From: a virus
Taxonomy: Duplodnaviria; Caudoviricetes
Length of the DNA: 56,546 nucleotides
Virus record (IMG/VR): IMGVR_UViG_3300025030_000128
Coordinates: 1 to 56,546 of that record
Strand: one strand, 5' to 3'
Of this stretch, positions 8,388 to 15,446 are shown in pieces. The notes below the pieces were generated by a model. The model ran no database searches. It saw nothing but the letters and a program-made list of their open reading frames with translations, and was not told the origin of the DNA. Each line of letters starts with the position of its first letter. Position 1 is the stretch's first letter. Both the position numbers and the translations under genes were made by a program.

Positions 8388-8957
8388 TTAATAAAGGGCT
8401 GAATAAATGACAGCACGTTCATCGCTATAGCCGCGTTTTATTCTGTCATAGATTCTGTCTCTCTTAATTCCGTAATGTTCCGCCCATTGAGTTATATTTT
8501 TTGTTACGCCCTCAATTGTAATTAAGTGGCATTGTCGGCTATTGTTACCTTGTTCTTTTTTTGTAGACCACTTAACATTTTCCGGCTCATAGTTTCCGTC
8601 GTTTTTAATGCGGTCAACTGAATGATCTCTTGATGGACGCTGACCAATATCTTTTTTGAATGCTAGGAAATCGTTCTTCCATTTATCGCAAACGACAATT
8701 CCCCTTCCGCCATAATTATTATAGTGCACGTGATTCTTATTATAGCAACGCTCTAACATTTTCGACCATAAACGGAAAAGGTTTGTCTTTGTTTCGTTGT
8801 GCTTTACCCTGTTACAACCACAGGATTTTGAAAGCCCGCGGGTAAGCGAGCTTTTGTATATATCTTTGACGACACCGCAATCGCATTTGCACGTAAGGTG
8901 ATGTTTCTTTGTGCTAATCCCGATGACTAAGAGTTTTCCATATTTATTTCCTATCAT
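8388..8957 (-). CDS. Free-standing HNH-type homing endonuclease
   Basis: GNKYGKLLVI, CKCDCG, SCGC, YGGRGIVVC and HSVDRIKNDGNYEPENVKW motifs; visibly AT-rich. Confidence 0.85.
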   Translation of the reverse strand: MIGNKYGKLLVIGISTKKHHLTCKCDCGVVKDIYKSSLTRGLSKSCGCNRVKHNETKTNLFRLWSKMLERCYNKNHVHYNNYGGRGIVVCDKWKNDFLAFKKDIGQRPSRDHSVDRIKNDGNYEPENVKWSTKKEQGNNSRQCHLITIEGVTKNITQWAEHYGIKRDRIYDRIKRGYSDERAVIYSALY

Positions 8958-9306
8958 CTTCTTGCTCCCGGAGAAGAAGTTCGAGGCGGGCGAGGCTATT
9001 CCAGACCTCATGAGAGAGATGTAGGAGCCCACTGTCCTGAGCATGGGTCTCTCCCTTACAGATGTCCAGCTCGTGTCTCATTTGGGCGTCTGCGTAGCGG
9101 AGCTGCCCGTTGGGGATGGTGTGCCAGGTATCCCATCCGTGCTTCGTGGCGCCGAACTCGGAGACTCTGGCGACTTGCTCCAGGGCTCTAGGAAAGTAGC
9201 GCAGGACAGAGTGGATGTGGGCCTTGCCGTTGTCATGTTTGGCGCCAGGGTCGACAAGGAAAGATTTCCATGGATACAGTTTGGCGTCCTCTTCTTGGTC
9301 GCTCAT
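8944..9306 (-). CDS. dATP/dGTP diphosphohydrolase (DUF5664-like)
   Basis: GAKHDNGK, V.EFGA.KHG, RY.DA.MRH and DSGLLHL.H..WN motifs. Confidence 0.8.
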   Translation of the reverse strand: MSDQEEDAKLYPWKSFLVDPGAKHDNGKAHIHSVLRYFPRALEQVARVSEFGATKHGWDTWHTIPNGQLRYADAQMRHELDICKGETHAQDSGLLHLSHEVWNSLARLELLLREQEDDRK

Positions 9307-9572
9307 TTGTTCCTCGCTGCAAGATAGTGGTAGGAGGGCTCAGAAGGCTTCCAGATGCGGCCGTCCGCTCCCTTGTAGTAAGGACGCGGGCAGCCCTTGC
9401 GATTGCCTCCACAACAGTCCTGGGCGTACTGCTTGGGGTTGAAGAGATGACGGAGGCCTTCGGCGTGGACGATCTGGGTGAGGGTGGAATGATTGGTGCC
9501 AATAACGAGGGCGGTCGCCCTGATGCTCATGCCAAGGCCGGCATAATATGTGATCTCTTCTTTGAGGGTCAT
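9303..9572 (-). CDS. Small HTH-like protein
   Basis: GMSIRATALVIGTNHSTL helix-turn-helix-like pattern. Confidence 0.55.
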   Translation of the reverse strand: MTLKEEITYYAGLGMSIRATALVIGTNHSTLTQIVHAEGLRHLFNPKQYAQDCCGGNRKGCPRPYYKGADGRIWKPSEPSYHYLAARNK

Positions 9573-9772
9573 ATTGGCAACGTTTCGATCTCGTCGGCGG
9601 CCCAACGAAGGTAGTCCGCGTACTCTTCCTTCGACCGCCACCTGGTCATATTGTCGAGAGAAACGACGAGGAAGCGGCGGCTGCCTGACATTTCGACCGT
9701 GACGGCGAGAGACTGGTAAGTTTCAGCTTTGTTGCCGCGGTCTGCGGTGAAGCGTTGCTCGGTGAGTTTCAT
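9569..9772 (-). CDS. Hypothetical protein
   Basis: 67 aa ORF ending LRWAADEIE; overlaps the next gene by 4 nt. Confidence 0.6.
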   Translation of the reverse strand: MKLTEQRFTADRGNKAETYQSLAVTVEMSGSRRFLVVSLDNMTRWRSKEEYADYLRWAADEIETLPI

Positions 9773-9774
9773 GG

Positions 9775-9822
9775 TTTCAACTTTCTCATGGAGCGGACAA
9801 GCCGCTCATGCTTTAGTTATCC
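9775..9822 (+). other. attC-like site (48 bp, minimal)
   Basis: TTTCAAC-tttct-CAT[G]GAGC-ggacaagcc-GCTCATG-cttta-GTTATCC. Confidence 0.85.
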
Positions 9823-9824
9823 TT

Positions 9825-10196
9825 CTATTTGCCTCGGAACATATCACCCACAATTTTAAACGCTTGTTCCAGCCGCTGCATTGCTTGTTCGGCCTGTAAT
9901 CGCTTGCGTTCAGCCTTGGCTACCCTTCGTTTTTCCACATTTTCAGGCTTCCAGTATGTGGCGTGGCGTTTATCCTGGATTGCCTTTTTCTTGGTTGCAA
10001 TAGATTCCTGAATCGTTGCCTCTTTTTCATAATCAACCATCCGCCGCGCCTGGTTGCCCTCTTCACAAACAGTGCAAAGAGCATAGTCCAGTTGGTTGTG
10101 ATATGTCGGCACCACGCAGCAATCCTCACAGACAGGTTCACCGCAAATATGACAGGTGAAATCGGTTTTATTCTCTTCGCAAACGTGGCAAATCAT
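9825..10196 (-). CDS. Cassette-borne Zn-finger plus charged coiled-coil protein (123 aa)
   Basis: CHVC, CHIC, CEDC and CTVC motifs; GGGAG RBS. Confidence 0.75.
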   Translation of the reverse strand: MICHVCEENKTDFTCHICGEPVCEDCCVVPTYHNQLDYALCTVCEEGNQARRMVDYEKEATIQESIATKKKAIQDKRHATYWKPENVEKRRVAKAERKRLQAEQAMQRLEQAFKIVGDMFRGK

Positions 10197-10226
10197 GAAA
10201 ACTTCTCCCTCGATTGCCACCCCGAA

Positions 10227-10277
10227 GGATAACAATCGGCTGGACGGGTCAAGCCCGTCATCCTCTAGCCGTTATGG
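10227..10277 (+). other. attC-like site
   Basis: GGATAAC-aatcg-GCT[G]GACG-ggtcaagcc-CGTCATC-ctctagcc-GTTATGG. Confidence 0.8.
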
Positions 10278-10311
10278 CGCAAGGCCAGCATCGACCCTGC
10301 GCCACGTTCAG

Positions 10312-10530
10312 TTAAAGCAAAATACCCCAATCTTCGGACAGCATATCGAGATTGTTCGGGTTCCACGGAAACAGTTTTCCGGCAACGTCGCTCATGTAAA
10401 TGTACGAGTGTCCCATTTTGCTGTTTTCGTCGCAAACCTGAAGAGCTAACCACATTCCCTTGCCATTCCAGCCATCACGACTTACTTTGCTTCCGAGCTT
10501 GAGTGCTTCCAACGCTTGTCCGAAATTCAT
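10312..10530 (-). CDS. tad2: DUF2829 / Tad2-like anti-defence nucleotide sponge (72 aa), cassette-borne
   Basis: MNFGQALEALK.G.KV.R.GWNGKGMWL ... PW.P...DMLSEDW signature; AAGGAG RBS. Confidence 0.85.
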   Translation of the reverse strand: MNFGQALEALKLGSKVSRDGWNGKGMWLALQVCDENSKMGHSYIYMSDVAGKLFPWNPNNLDMLSEDWGILL

Positions 10531-10563
10531 ACTGTTCTCCTTTGTAGTTTGGTTGCCCATGCG

Positions 10564-10622
10564 CCATAACCAGCGCATAGACACCGGCTCCCGCTGGTCG
10601 CGGGTCATGCTTGTCGTTATCC
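10564..10622 (+). other. attC-like site (canonical geometry)
   Basis: CCATAAC-cagcg-CAT[A]GAC[A]CCG-gctcccgctggtcg-CGGGTCATG-cttgtc-GTTATCC. Confidence 0.9.
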
Positions 10623-10988
10623 CTGATGGTGTAAGTAGCGCCCAATCTTAGAGTGCTTCACTTGCCGGGCTGCCTGAATCCGGCCAGAATCAATATCCTT
10701 CCCTGCATATTGCCCAGCGGCTAACAGGTCTAGCGCGGCCAGCACATCACCGCATTCGCGCTCCAACAGCTCCCTATTAGTTGGGCCTCCGTCAGGGTGC
10801 CGGGACTCGTAGCCATGCCTGAGAATTTTCCCGACAGCCTGAATTACCTCGCCGCATTCTTCCGCCAATAGTGCAAGTCGTTCGACCTCCGCAAGGGAAA
10901 GGAACGGGATAACCAGTGAATCGACCGGAGGTTTATCCTTGTCGCACTGGCACTGCATGGTTGATGTATCTACCGTCGATTTACACAT
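10617..10988 (-). CDS. MazG-like nucleotide pyrophosphohydrolase
   Basis: LAEECGEVIQAVGKILRHG ... LERECGDVLA: EExxE...ExxD all-alpha NTP-PPase pattern. Confidence 0.8.
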   Translation of the reverse strand: MCKSTVDTSTMQCQCDKDKPPVDSLVIPFLSLAEVERLALLAEECGEVIQAVGKILRHGYESRHPDGGPTNRELLERECGDVLAALDLLAAGQYAGKDIDSGRIQAARQVKHSKIGRYLHHQG

Positions 10989-11342
10989 TTCGTTCTCCCG
11001 GTCATTCACAGACCCGTTAAATAGATCCCTGGCCCCATTAAATCTCCGCATGGTGTCTCCTGACCTTCCGAGACCTGCGCAGAGAAACTTAGACCGGCGG
11101 CATATAGACTGATTGCTGGCCGGGAGACTCACATACCCTGTATCGACCGCCCGTATCGTGGGCTAAACGCTCCGCCTTCCCCTTGTGGTGTTGGGAAGAA
11201 CCATTACAGCCATGCGTATGATAGGTCGTTTGCTCCGGGGCTAAGAGCGGGTAAGCGGTCTTTGGTGCGACTTCCTTGCCAGCCTTCCGTCCTCAGTTTG
11301 GGACATTTGGTGAGGCCCACTGGCGAGGCCAAGAGCGGGCAA

Positions 11343-11449
11343 AGCAAAACCCGCAAAACCACTTCGCCTTGGACGGGCAGAGAAGGGATTTACGGGTGCG
11401 GGTTTTGCTGTGTTCAGTGTTTGGAAGTTTACAACAGATGCCCGTCCAA
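11343..11449 (-). promoter_or_regulatory. Structured leader with competing pairings (attenuator-like)
   Basis: 13-bp inverted repeat 11343-11355/11397-11409 overlaps an 11-bp inverted repeat 11369-11379/11439-11449. Confidence 0.55.
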
Positions 11450-11459
11450 AGGCAAGGAC

Positions 11460-11488
11460 ATGTTACTTAGGGCTGAAAAAAAAGTCAA
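11460..11488 (-). promoter_or_regulatory. Sigma70-type promoter facing cassette array 2
   Basis: TTGACT-17 nt-TAACAT on the minus strand. Confidence 0.65.
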
Positions 11489-11504
11489 ACTTTATCTTTG
11501 GCGA

Positions 11505-11765
11505 TCAGAGATGACAGAGAATGTTGCGGACGTTTTTGCGGGATTTGCGAACGAAGGAAGGGCTACAACCTTGGCAATCCCACTGCCAGGCTCCTTCTTT
11601 CAGCAAGGCAACGAGCGTGTCCTTGACAAGCCTGTAGGTGCCTTCTTCTTCGGCGGCAACATCGATGCAGCCGGTGGCGATTACCTTGCGGGCGTTTTCT
11701 CTGGCCCGCTCGAAAGATTTTTTCAGTAGTTCGTCAACCTTGTCGAGAAATTCTTGGTCAGTCAT
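11505..11765 (-). CDS. Hypothetical protein
   Basis: ATG 11765 with GAGGAG RBS (MTDQEFLDK...). Confidence 0.65.
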   Translation of the reverse strand: MTDQEFLDKVDELLKKSFERARENARKVIATGCIDVAAEEEGTYRLVKDTLVALLKEGAWQWDCQGCSPSFVRKSRKNVRNILCHL

Positions 11766-12093
11766 TGTTTTTCTCCTCTGGTCGTTTGATTTCGCCAACT
11801 GTGCTGCCGTTGAAGGTGTAGGCGACGATCGGCGGAACAACGGTGGTGCCGAGCAGATCCTTCACTTCCCGGGCCGAGATCGACACGCCGCGGTCGGCGT
11901 ACTTGTCGACCAGCACTGGATCGTTCGAGACGAAGGCGACCGCCTTGTCGTTCTGATACAAGGCCGCTATCACCTTCTTGTCAGTCGAGAGCATGTAGTC
12001 AACCACACTCTTTCCCAATAGGTCGTTGGCCGGGATTGGGTTCCAGTGCGGCCGGTTGTCGATGATCTCCAGCTGTTTGATTTCGACTCTCAT
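11758..12093 (-). CDS. Hypothetical protein
   Basis: 111 aa ORF with AAGGA RBS in the replication cluster. Confidence 0.65.
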   Translation of the reverse strand: MRVEIKQLEIIDNRPHWNPIPANDLLGKSVVDYMLSTDKKVIAALYQNDKAVAFVSNDPVLVDKYADRGVSISAREVKDLLGTTVVPPIVAYTFNGSTVGEIKRPEEKNND

Positions 12094-12105
12094 CTTTTCC
12101 TTTCT

Positions 12106-12576
12106 TTAGGTGGCCAGATACTTGACCGCATCAACAAATGACATCTGATCACGATCGATCAGTGTATCAAGGGCTGAGAAGTAGCGGTTACAGGACCCAC
12201 ACCAGGCGATCCCCTTCTTGCTCATGAAGGTGAGCGACGGCCGCTTGTCGTCGTGGCACCAGGCGAAGGCTTTCCCGAAGCGGTCGAACTGAATCACCGC
12301 GGTCACAGGGACGGCCCGGGCCGCCTCGATCATGGCGTCGGTAATCTGGTTGGTCTGTTGGGGTACAGAAAACTCTCCGCCTTCGTTCTTAGTCAGGTAG
12401 GCGATCTCGTCGAGGATTTCTTTGGCGAAGTGGAGAGCAACCGGAGAACCGTCGAGGATCAGGGCGCCGAGGTAGGGGGTGAGGAATCTCTTTCTCATGC
12501 GACTAGCGGCGAGCTTGTTGATCTCGAACTCCTTGGCCTTGCGGAAGGTAAGCGCGGGGTCTTTATTGGCGAACAT
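12106..12576 (-). CDS. CHC2 (primase-type) zinc-finger protein
   Basis: WCHDDKRPSL..WCGSC...D....MSFVDAVKYL resembles the DnaG zinc-binding domain; no TOPRIM domain. Confidence 0.7.
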   Translation of the reverse strand: MFANKDPALTFRKAKEFEINKLAASRMRKRFLTPYLGALILDGSPVALHFAKEILDEIAYLTKNEGGEFSVPQQTNQITDAMIEAARAVPVTAVIQFDRFGKAFAWCHDDKRPSLTFMSKKGIAWCGSCNRYFSALDTLIDRDQMSFVDAVKYLAT

Positions 12577-12584
12577 GGATTCTC

Positions 12585-12749
12585 CTACTGATCGAGCGGA
12601 TGCCCTTCCGCTTCGTGGTCCTCAACACAGCATTCGCAGTAGTACTTCCCTCCGTCCACCGCATAGACCTCTTCTGGCTGAATGCGGTCCCGGCAGTCGA
12701 GACAAATCTTTTCGGTGTCGGAGGTACGGCGGGCAAGATTTGGTATAAT
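12585..12749 (-). CDS. Small Zn-finger ORF with an atypical (ATT/ATA) start
   Basis: ICLDC...YYCECC; AAGGAA upstream but no ATG. Confidence 0.35.
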   Translation of the reverse strand: MIPNLARRTSDTEKICLDCRDRIQPEEVYAVDGGKYYCECCVEDHEAEGHPLDQ

Positions 12750-12761
12750 TATTTCCTTTTT

Positions 12762-12974
12762 TTAAGTAGGTCTTCCATCGCACATTGGGCAAGCGTGAGA
12801 GCCTGGGTTTCTTTTGAAATACTCAATGATTCGTAAAGAACCTCCACCTTCAGCGCATGGATCGCCTTCGCAGTAAGCACAAGTTCCATTCAGGCCGCGA
12901 GGATAATCTGCGATATAAAGAACTTCGAGCTGTTCTTTTGTTCCATCTCCTGAGAGATAATCAACTACTGACAT
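12762..12974 (-). CDS. Small Cys-rich hypothetical protein
   Basis: CAYCEGDPC...CPMCDG; AT-rich. Confidence 0.6.
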   Translation of the reverse strand: MSVVDYLSGDGTKEQLEVLYIADYPRGLNGTCAYCEGDPCAEGGGSLRIIEYFKRNPGSHACPMCDGRPT

Positions 12975-12986
12975 ATTTTTTTCCTT

Positions 12987-13850
12987 TCAGAATGGGCAAT
13001 CGTGGTAGACGGGAATGGAATACTCTTTGTCGCTGAGGCATTTGAAGCGGCCGGTCTTGCGTTCGTAGTCGAGATGGACAGAACCGATCTGCCCCATCCA
13101 CTTGAGCTTCACCTTGGCCGCCTCAATTTCGATTTGGTTCTTTGTCCTGTCGGGACGGTGGGCGATGAAAGCATAGTCCACCTTGTTCCACCACATTGCC
13201 CCGCCTGAGATGTCAGAGACGGTGCATCGTGGCATTTTCCCCGTCTTGTCTTTCATGGCAGACTTGGGATGAGCGACGATGTTGACCAGAATGTTTTGCC
13301 GGCGGGCGAAGTAAGAGATTTCGGTTAGTATCTCGGCCAGGTATTCGTCCTCTCTTTGTTCCCGGCCCCGGGCATGCGAGCAGCCGTTCCAGGGATCGAT
13401 CACTAGGCAGTCGAGACCGCCTATTTCCATCTTCCGTTTTGCTTTTTCGAGGATCTGCTTGGGTGAAGGCAGGTCGTCCTCAATGTTGATCCAGGAGAAC
13501 GAGTCGTTGATGCGGGCGAGCACTTCTTTGCACTCGGTCTCAGTGAACTGCTTGACCCATTTGCCGACAATCTTTTCCGCCAGCTTGGCGATATGCTCCT
13601 GCACCGGGTAGTTTTCCGGCGAGAAGTACAGTGTTTTCCAGCCGTGCATGATCGAAGCGTTGACCAGAACCGCGTCGAGCCATTCGCTCTTGCCGCTACC
13701 GGGGTATCCGGTTACCACTCCGAGATATCCCTTGGCCAGCTTGAAAAGTTCATCGAGGTCCTGGTAGCCAGATGAGTAGGTCTTGCGGAAGGTTGTTTCA
13801 GTGCGGAGCTTGTGAAATTCTCCGGCAAGTTCGTTCGCAGAAATAATCAA
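12987..13850 (-). CDS. dnaB: DnaB/SF4-type replicative helicase (ATPase domain)
   Basis: Walker A TGYPGSGKS, VIDPWN, VAHP and DISGG motifs. Confidence 0.85.
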   Translation of the reverse strand: MIISANELAGEFHKLRTETTFRKTYSSGYQDLDELFKLAKGYLGVVTGYPGSGKSEWLDAVLVNASIMHGWKTLYFSPENYPVQEHIAKLAEKIVGKWVKQFTETECKEVLARINDSFSWINIEDDLPSPKQILEKAKRKMEIGGLDCLVIDPWNGCSHARGREQREDEYLAEILTEISYFARRQNILVNIVAHPKSAMKDKTGKMPRCTVSDISGGAMWWNKVDYAFIAHRPDRTKNQIEIEAAKVKLKWMGQIGSVHLDYERKTGRFKCLSDKEYSIPVYHDCPF

Positions 13851-13939
13851 GGGGTTCCTCCCAGTAAGGTTTCAATCCACTGACCGGGGCAGATGATAAC
13901 AAAGGTTGGATGGAAAATTCCACCGTTGGTTTTTTGACG

Positions 13940-14449
13940 CTATTTGAATTCTTCCCAATTCATTTTATTGGCGCCGGTTTCGAGCTCGGTTTTCATGTCC
14001 GGGTTTTCATCTTCAAAGCGGCGCTGGTTGAGGTAGGTCGTGGCCATGGGAATGTACTTGCCGTTCTCCTCCGTCCACTGCTCGGTGGTCTTCTGCCAAG
14101 CGATGCGGTCGAGGCAGATATCGAGTAAGGCCGGCTCTGGGATGCGCAAGGTATAGACTGCTTTCTGCCAGGCGCGGTAGGCGGGCGCCTTTCCCGACTT
14201 AACCCCGCCGCGCGACGGGTATGCCTCCCAGAAGGCATTGAAGGCCGCTGAGTAGCCCTCACCCCTAGCCTGTTTCTTCCGAGGTTCAGGAAGGGCTTCC
14301 GCCCAACTTGGGATGTCCGTACCCCGGATCATCCTGTCGACCATGTTGGTGATGAAGGCTCCGCGGGCGGCCAGAAGATTTGACGTACCTTTCCCGATAG
14401 TAATCAATGCATCCCGTAATTTCTCCGGATCGATTCGGTAGAGCATCAC
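13940..14449 (-). CDS. Phage replication initiator / helicase-loader-like protein
   Basis: F..FW.AYP....K..A..AW.K ... YIPMATTYLNQRRFEDE motif, next to the helicase. Confidence 0.7.
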   Translation of the reverse strand: MMLYRIDPEKLRDALITIGKGTSNLLAARGAFITNMVDRMIRGTDIPSWAEALPEPRKKQARGEGYSAAFNAFWEAYPSRGGVKSGKAPAYRAWQKAVYTLRIPEPALLDICLDRIAWQKTTEQWTEENGKYIPMATTYLNQRRFEDENPDMKTELETGANKMNWEEFK

Positions 14450-14709
14450 GCCTCCTTGGCCAGCTTTTTCTGCAGGCGGGCCAGTTCTTTTTCGTCGTTC
14501 TGCTTCTCTTTGGCGGTGAGGAGCGCGTCGATATCACAGCCCGTATCAGGTTCGACGATCACGCCGATGCAGTCTGAACCAACGAAATGCGAGACGTAAA
14601 TGCGGACGTCATTGGAGTAGAGATCAACCTTTACATCGGCACTGCGGGTGTTGTGAAATTTGGCCCACTCAAGGGCGGCGACCATCTGGTCAATGCGAGT
14701 TTGGTTCAT
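14446..14709 (-). CDS. Hypothetical protein
   Basis: 87 aa ORF with AAGGAG RBS. Confidence 0.65.
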   Translation of the reverse strand: MNQTRIDQMVAALEWAKFHNTRSADVKVDLYSNDVRIYVSHFVGSDCIGVIVEPDTGCDIDALLTAKEKQNDEKELARLQKKLAKEA

Positions 14710-14724
14710 GGTGTCTCTCCTTTG

Positions 14725-14761
14725 AGAAAGAAGCGCCCGCCTGGGTGAGCAAGCGGGCGCT
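14725..14761 (-). terminator. Intrinsic terminator after the SSB-like gene
   Basis: AGCGCCCGC...GCGGGCGCT stem followed by TCTTTC on the minus strand. Confidence 0.65.
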
Positions 14762-14787
14762 GTTTGACTTCTGGTTGTAGGAATGGA

Positions 14788-15423
14788 TCAGAACGGCGGC
14801 TTCTCGTTGCCCATGCTGAAGCCGTCATCGTGGCTGTCACTTTGCTCCGATGGCATGGCGCCTTTGGTCTCCAGCGACTCTTCGATTACTTTTCGGACCC
14901 ACGGATACAACTTCTCCATCAGCTCCTTGTTACCACGGTCTTCGATGGCGAAGTCGACCAGGTCATTGACGCGGTCGGCGACGGTCATTCCTTTGGCCAG
15001 CGGCATGATCGACAGCACGTTGTTGAAGAACTTCTTTGCGTCCTTCTTGCTTGCGACCTTAGCGATGTTCAGCATACAGGGGGCGTCGAGGATGTTCTTC
15101 ATTGCGAAGCCCTGCAGTTCTTCAGCGGTGAAGTCCCGGCCACGCCAGGACTTGAGGTCGCTGCGCAGAATGGCCTTGTCGCCGAGTGAAAGGGTATAGC
15201 GTTTGTTGACAACGAACGGCCGCCCGTCCTGCATCAGTTCACCCGAAAGCTCCCAGACGATCAGAACTTCGTGCTTGACCGATCCGGCCTTGGCCTGCGG
15301 GTGGGTGTTGGGATGACTGCCGAGATCGACGATCTGGATGCAGCGGCCTGGGTAGACCCCGCCTTCCAGCAGTTCGTAGTCCTTGGTCTCGGTGTAGTTT
15401 CCAGCGGTGGCTGTGACTCCCAT
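14788..15423 (-). CDS. Putative ssDNA-binding protein
   Basis: G.YPGRCIQIVDLG, YTLSL.DKA.LR.DL.SWRG and an acidic tail ending PF. Confidence 0.65.
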   Translation of the reverse strand: MGVTATAGNYTETKDYELLEGGVYPGRCIQIVDLGSHPNTHPQAKAGSVKHEVLIVWELSGELMQDGRPFVVNKRYTLSLGDKAILRSDLKSWRGRDFTAEELQGFAMKNILDAPCMLNIAKVASKKDAKKFFNNVLSIMPLAKGMTVADRVNDLVDFAIEDRGNKELMEKLYPWVRKVIEESLETKGAMPSEQSDSHDDGFSMGNEKPPF

Positions 15424-15446
15424 AAATCTTTCTCCTTGGTTGTGCC

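Larger units (their letters stand above)
9775..10928 (+). mobile_element. Integron-like gene cassette array 2 (3 attC-like sites plus a left half-site, no intI)
   Basis: attC-like sites at 9775, 10227 and 10564. Cassette end pairs: GTTATCCTTC/GAAGGATAAC, GTTATGGCGCA/TGCGCCATAAC and GTTATCCC/GGGATAAC. Confidence 0.85.

Noticed and set aside
8944-9306. Z-genome (2-aminoadenine) or 7-deazaguanine pathway
   Set aside because: No purZ, queC/D/E, folE, dpdA or dedicated polymerase was recognised.
1914-10622. Intergenic hairpins as simple terminators
   Set aside because: They lack U-tails, and terminators would not explain the cassette-specific end complementarity across 240-420 bp.
10989-11460. 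tRNA or known riboswitch in the long leader
   Set aside because: No cloverleaf or TTCGA arm, and no aptamer consensus recognisable by eye.
13894-13931. Possible attC (TGATAAC...GTTGGTT)
   Set aside because: Too short, no proper L boxes and no complementary cassette end.
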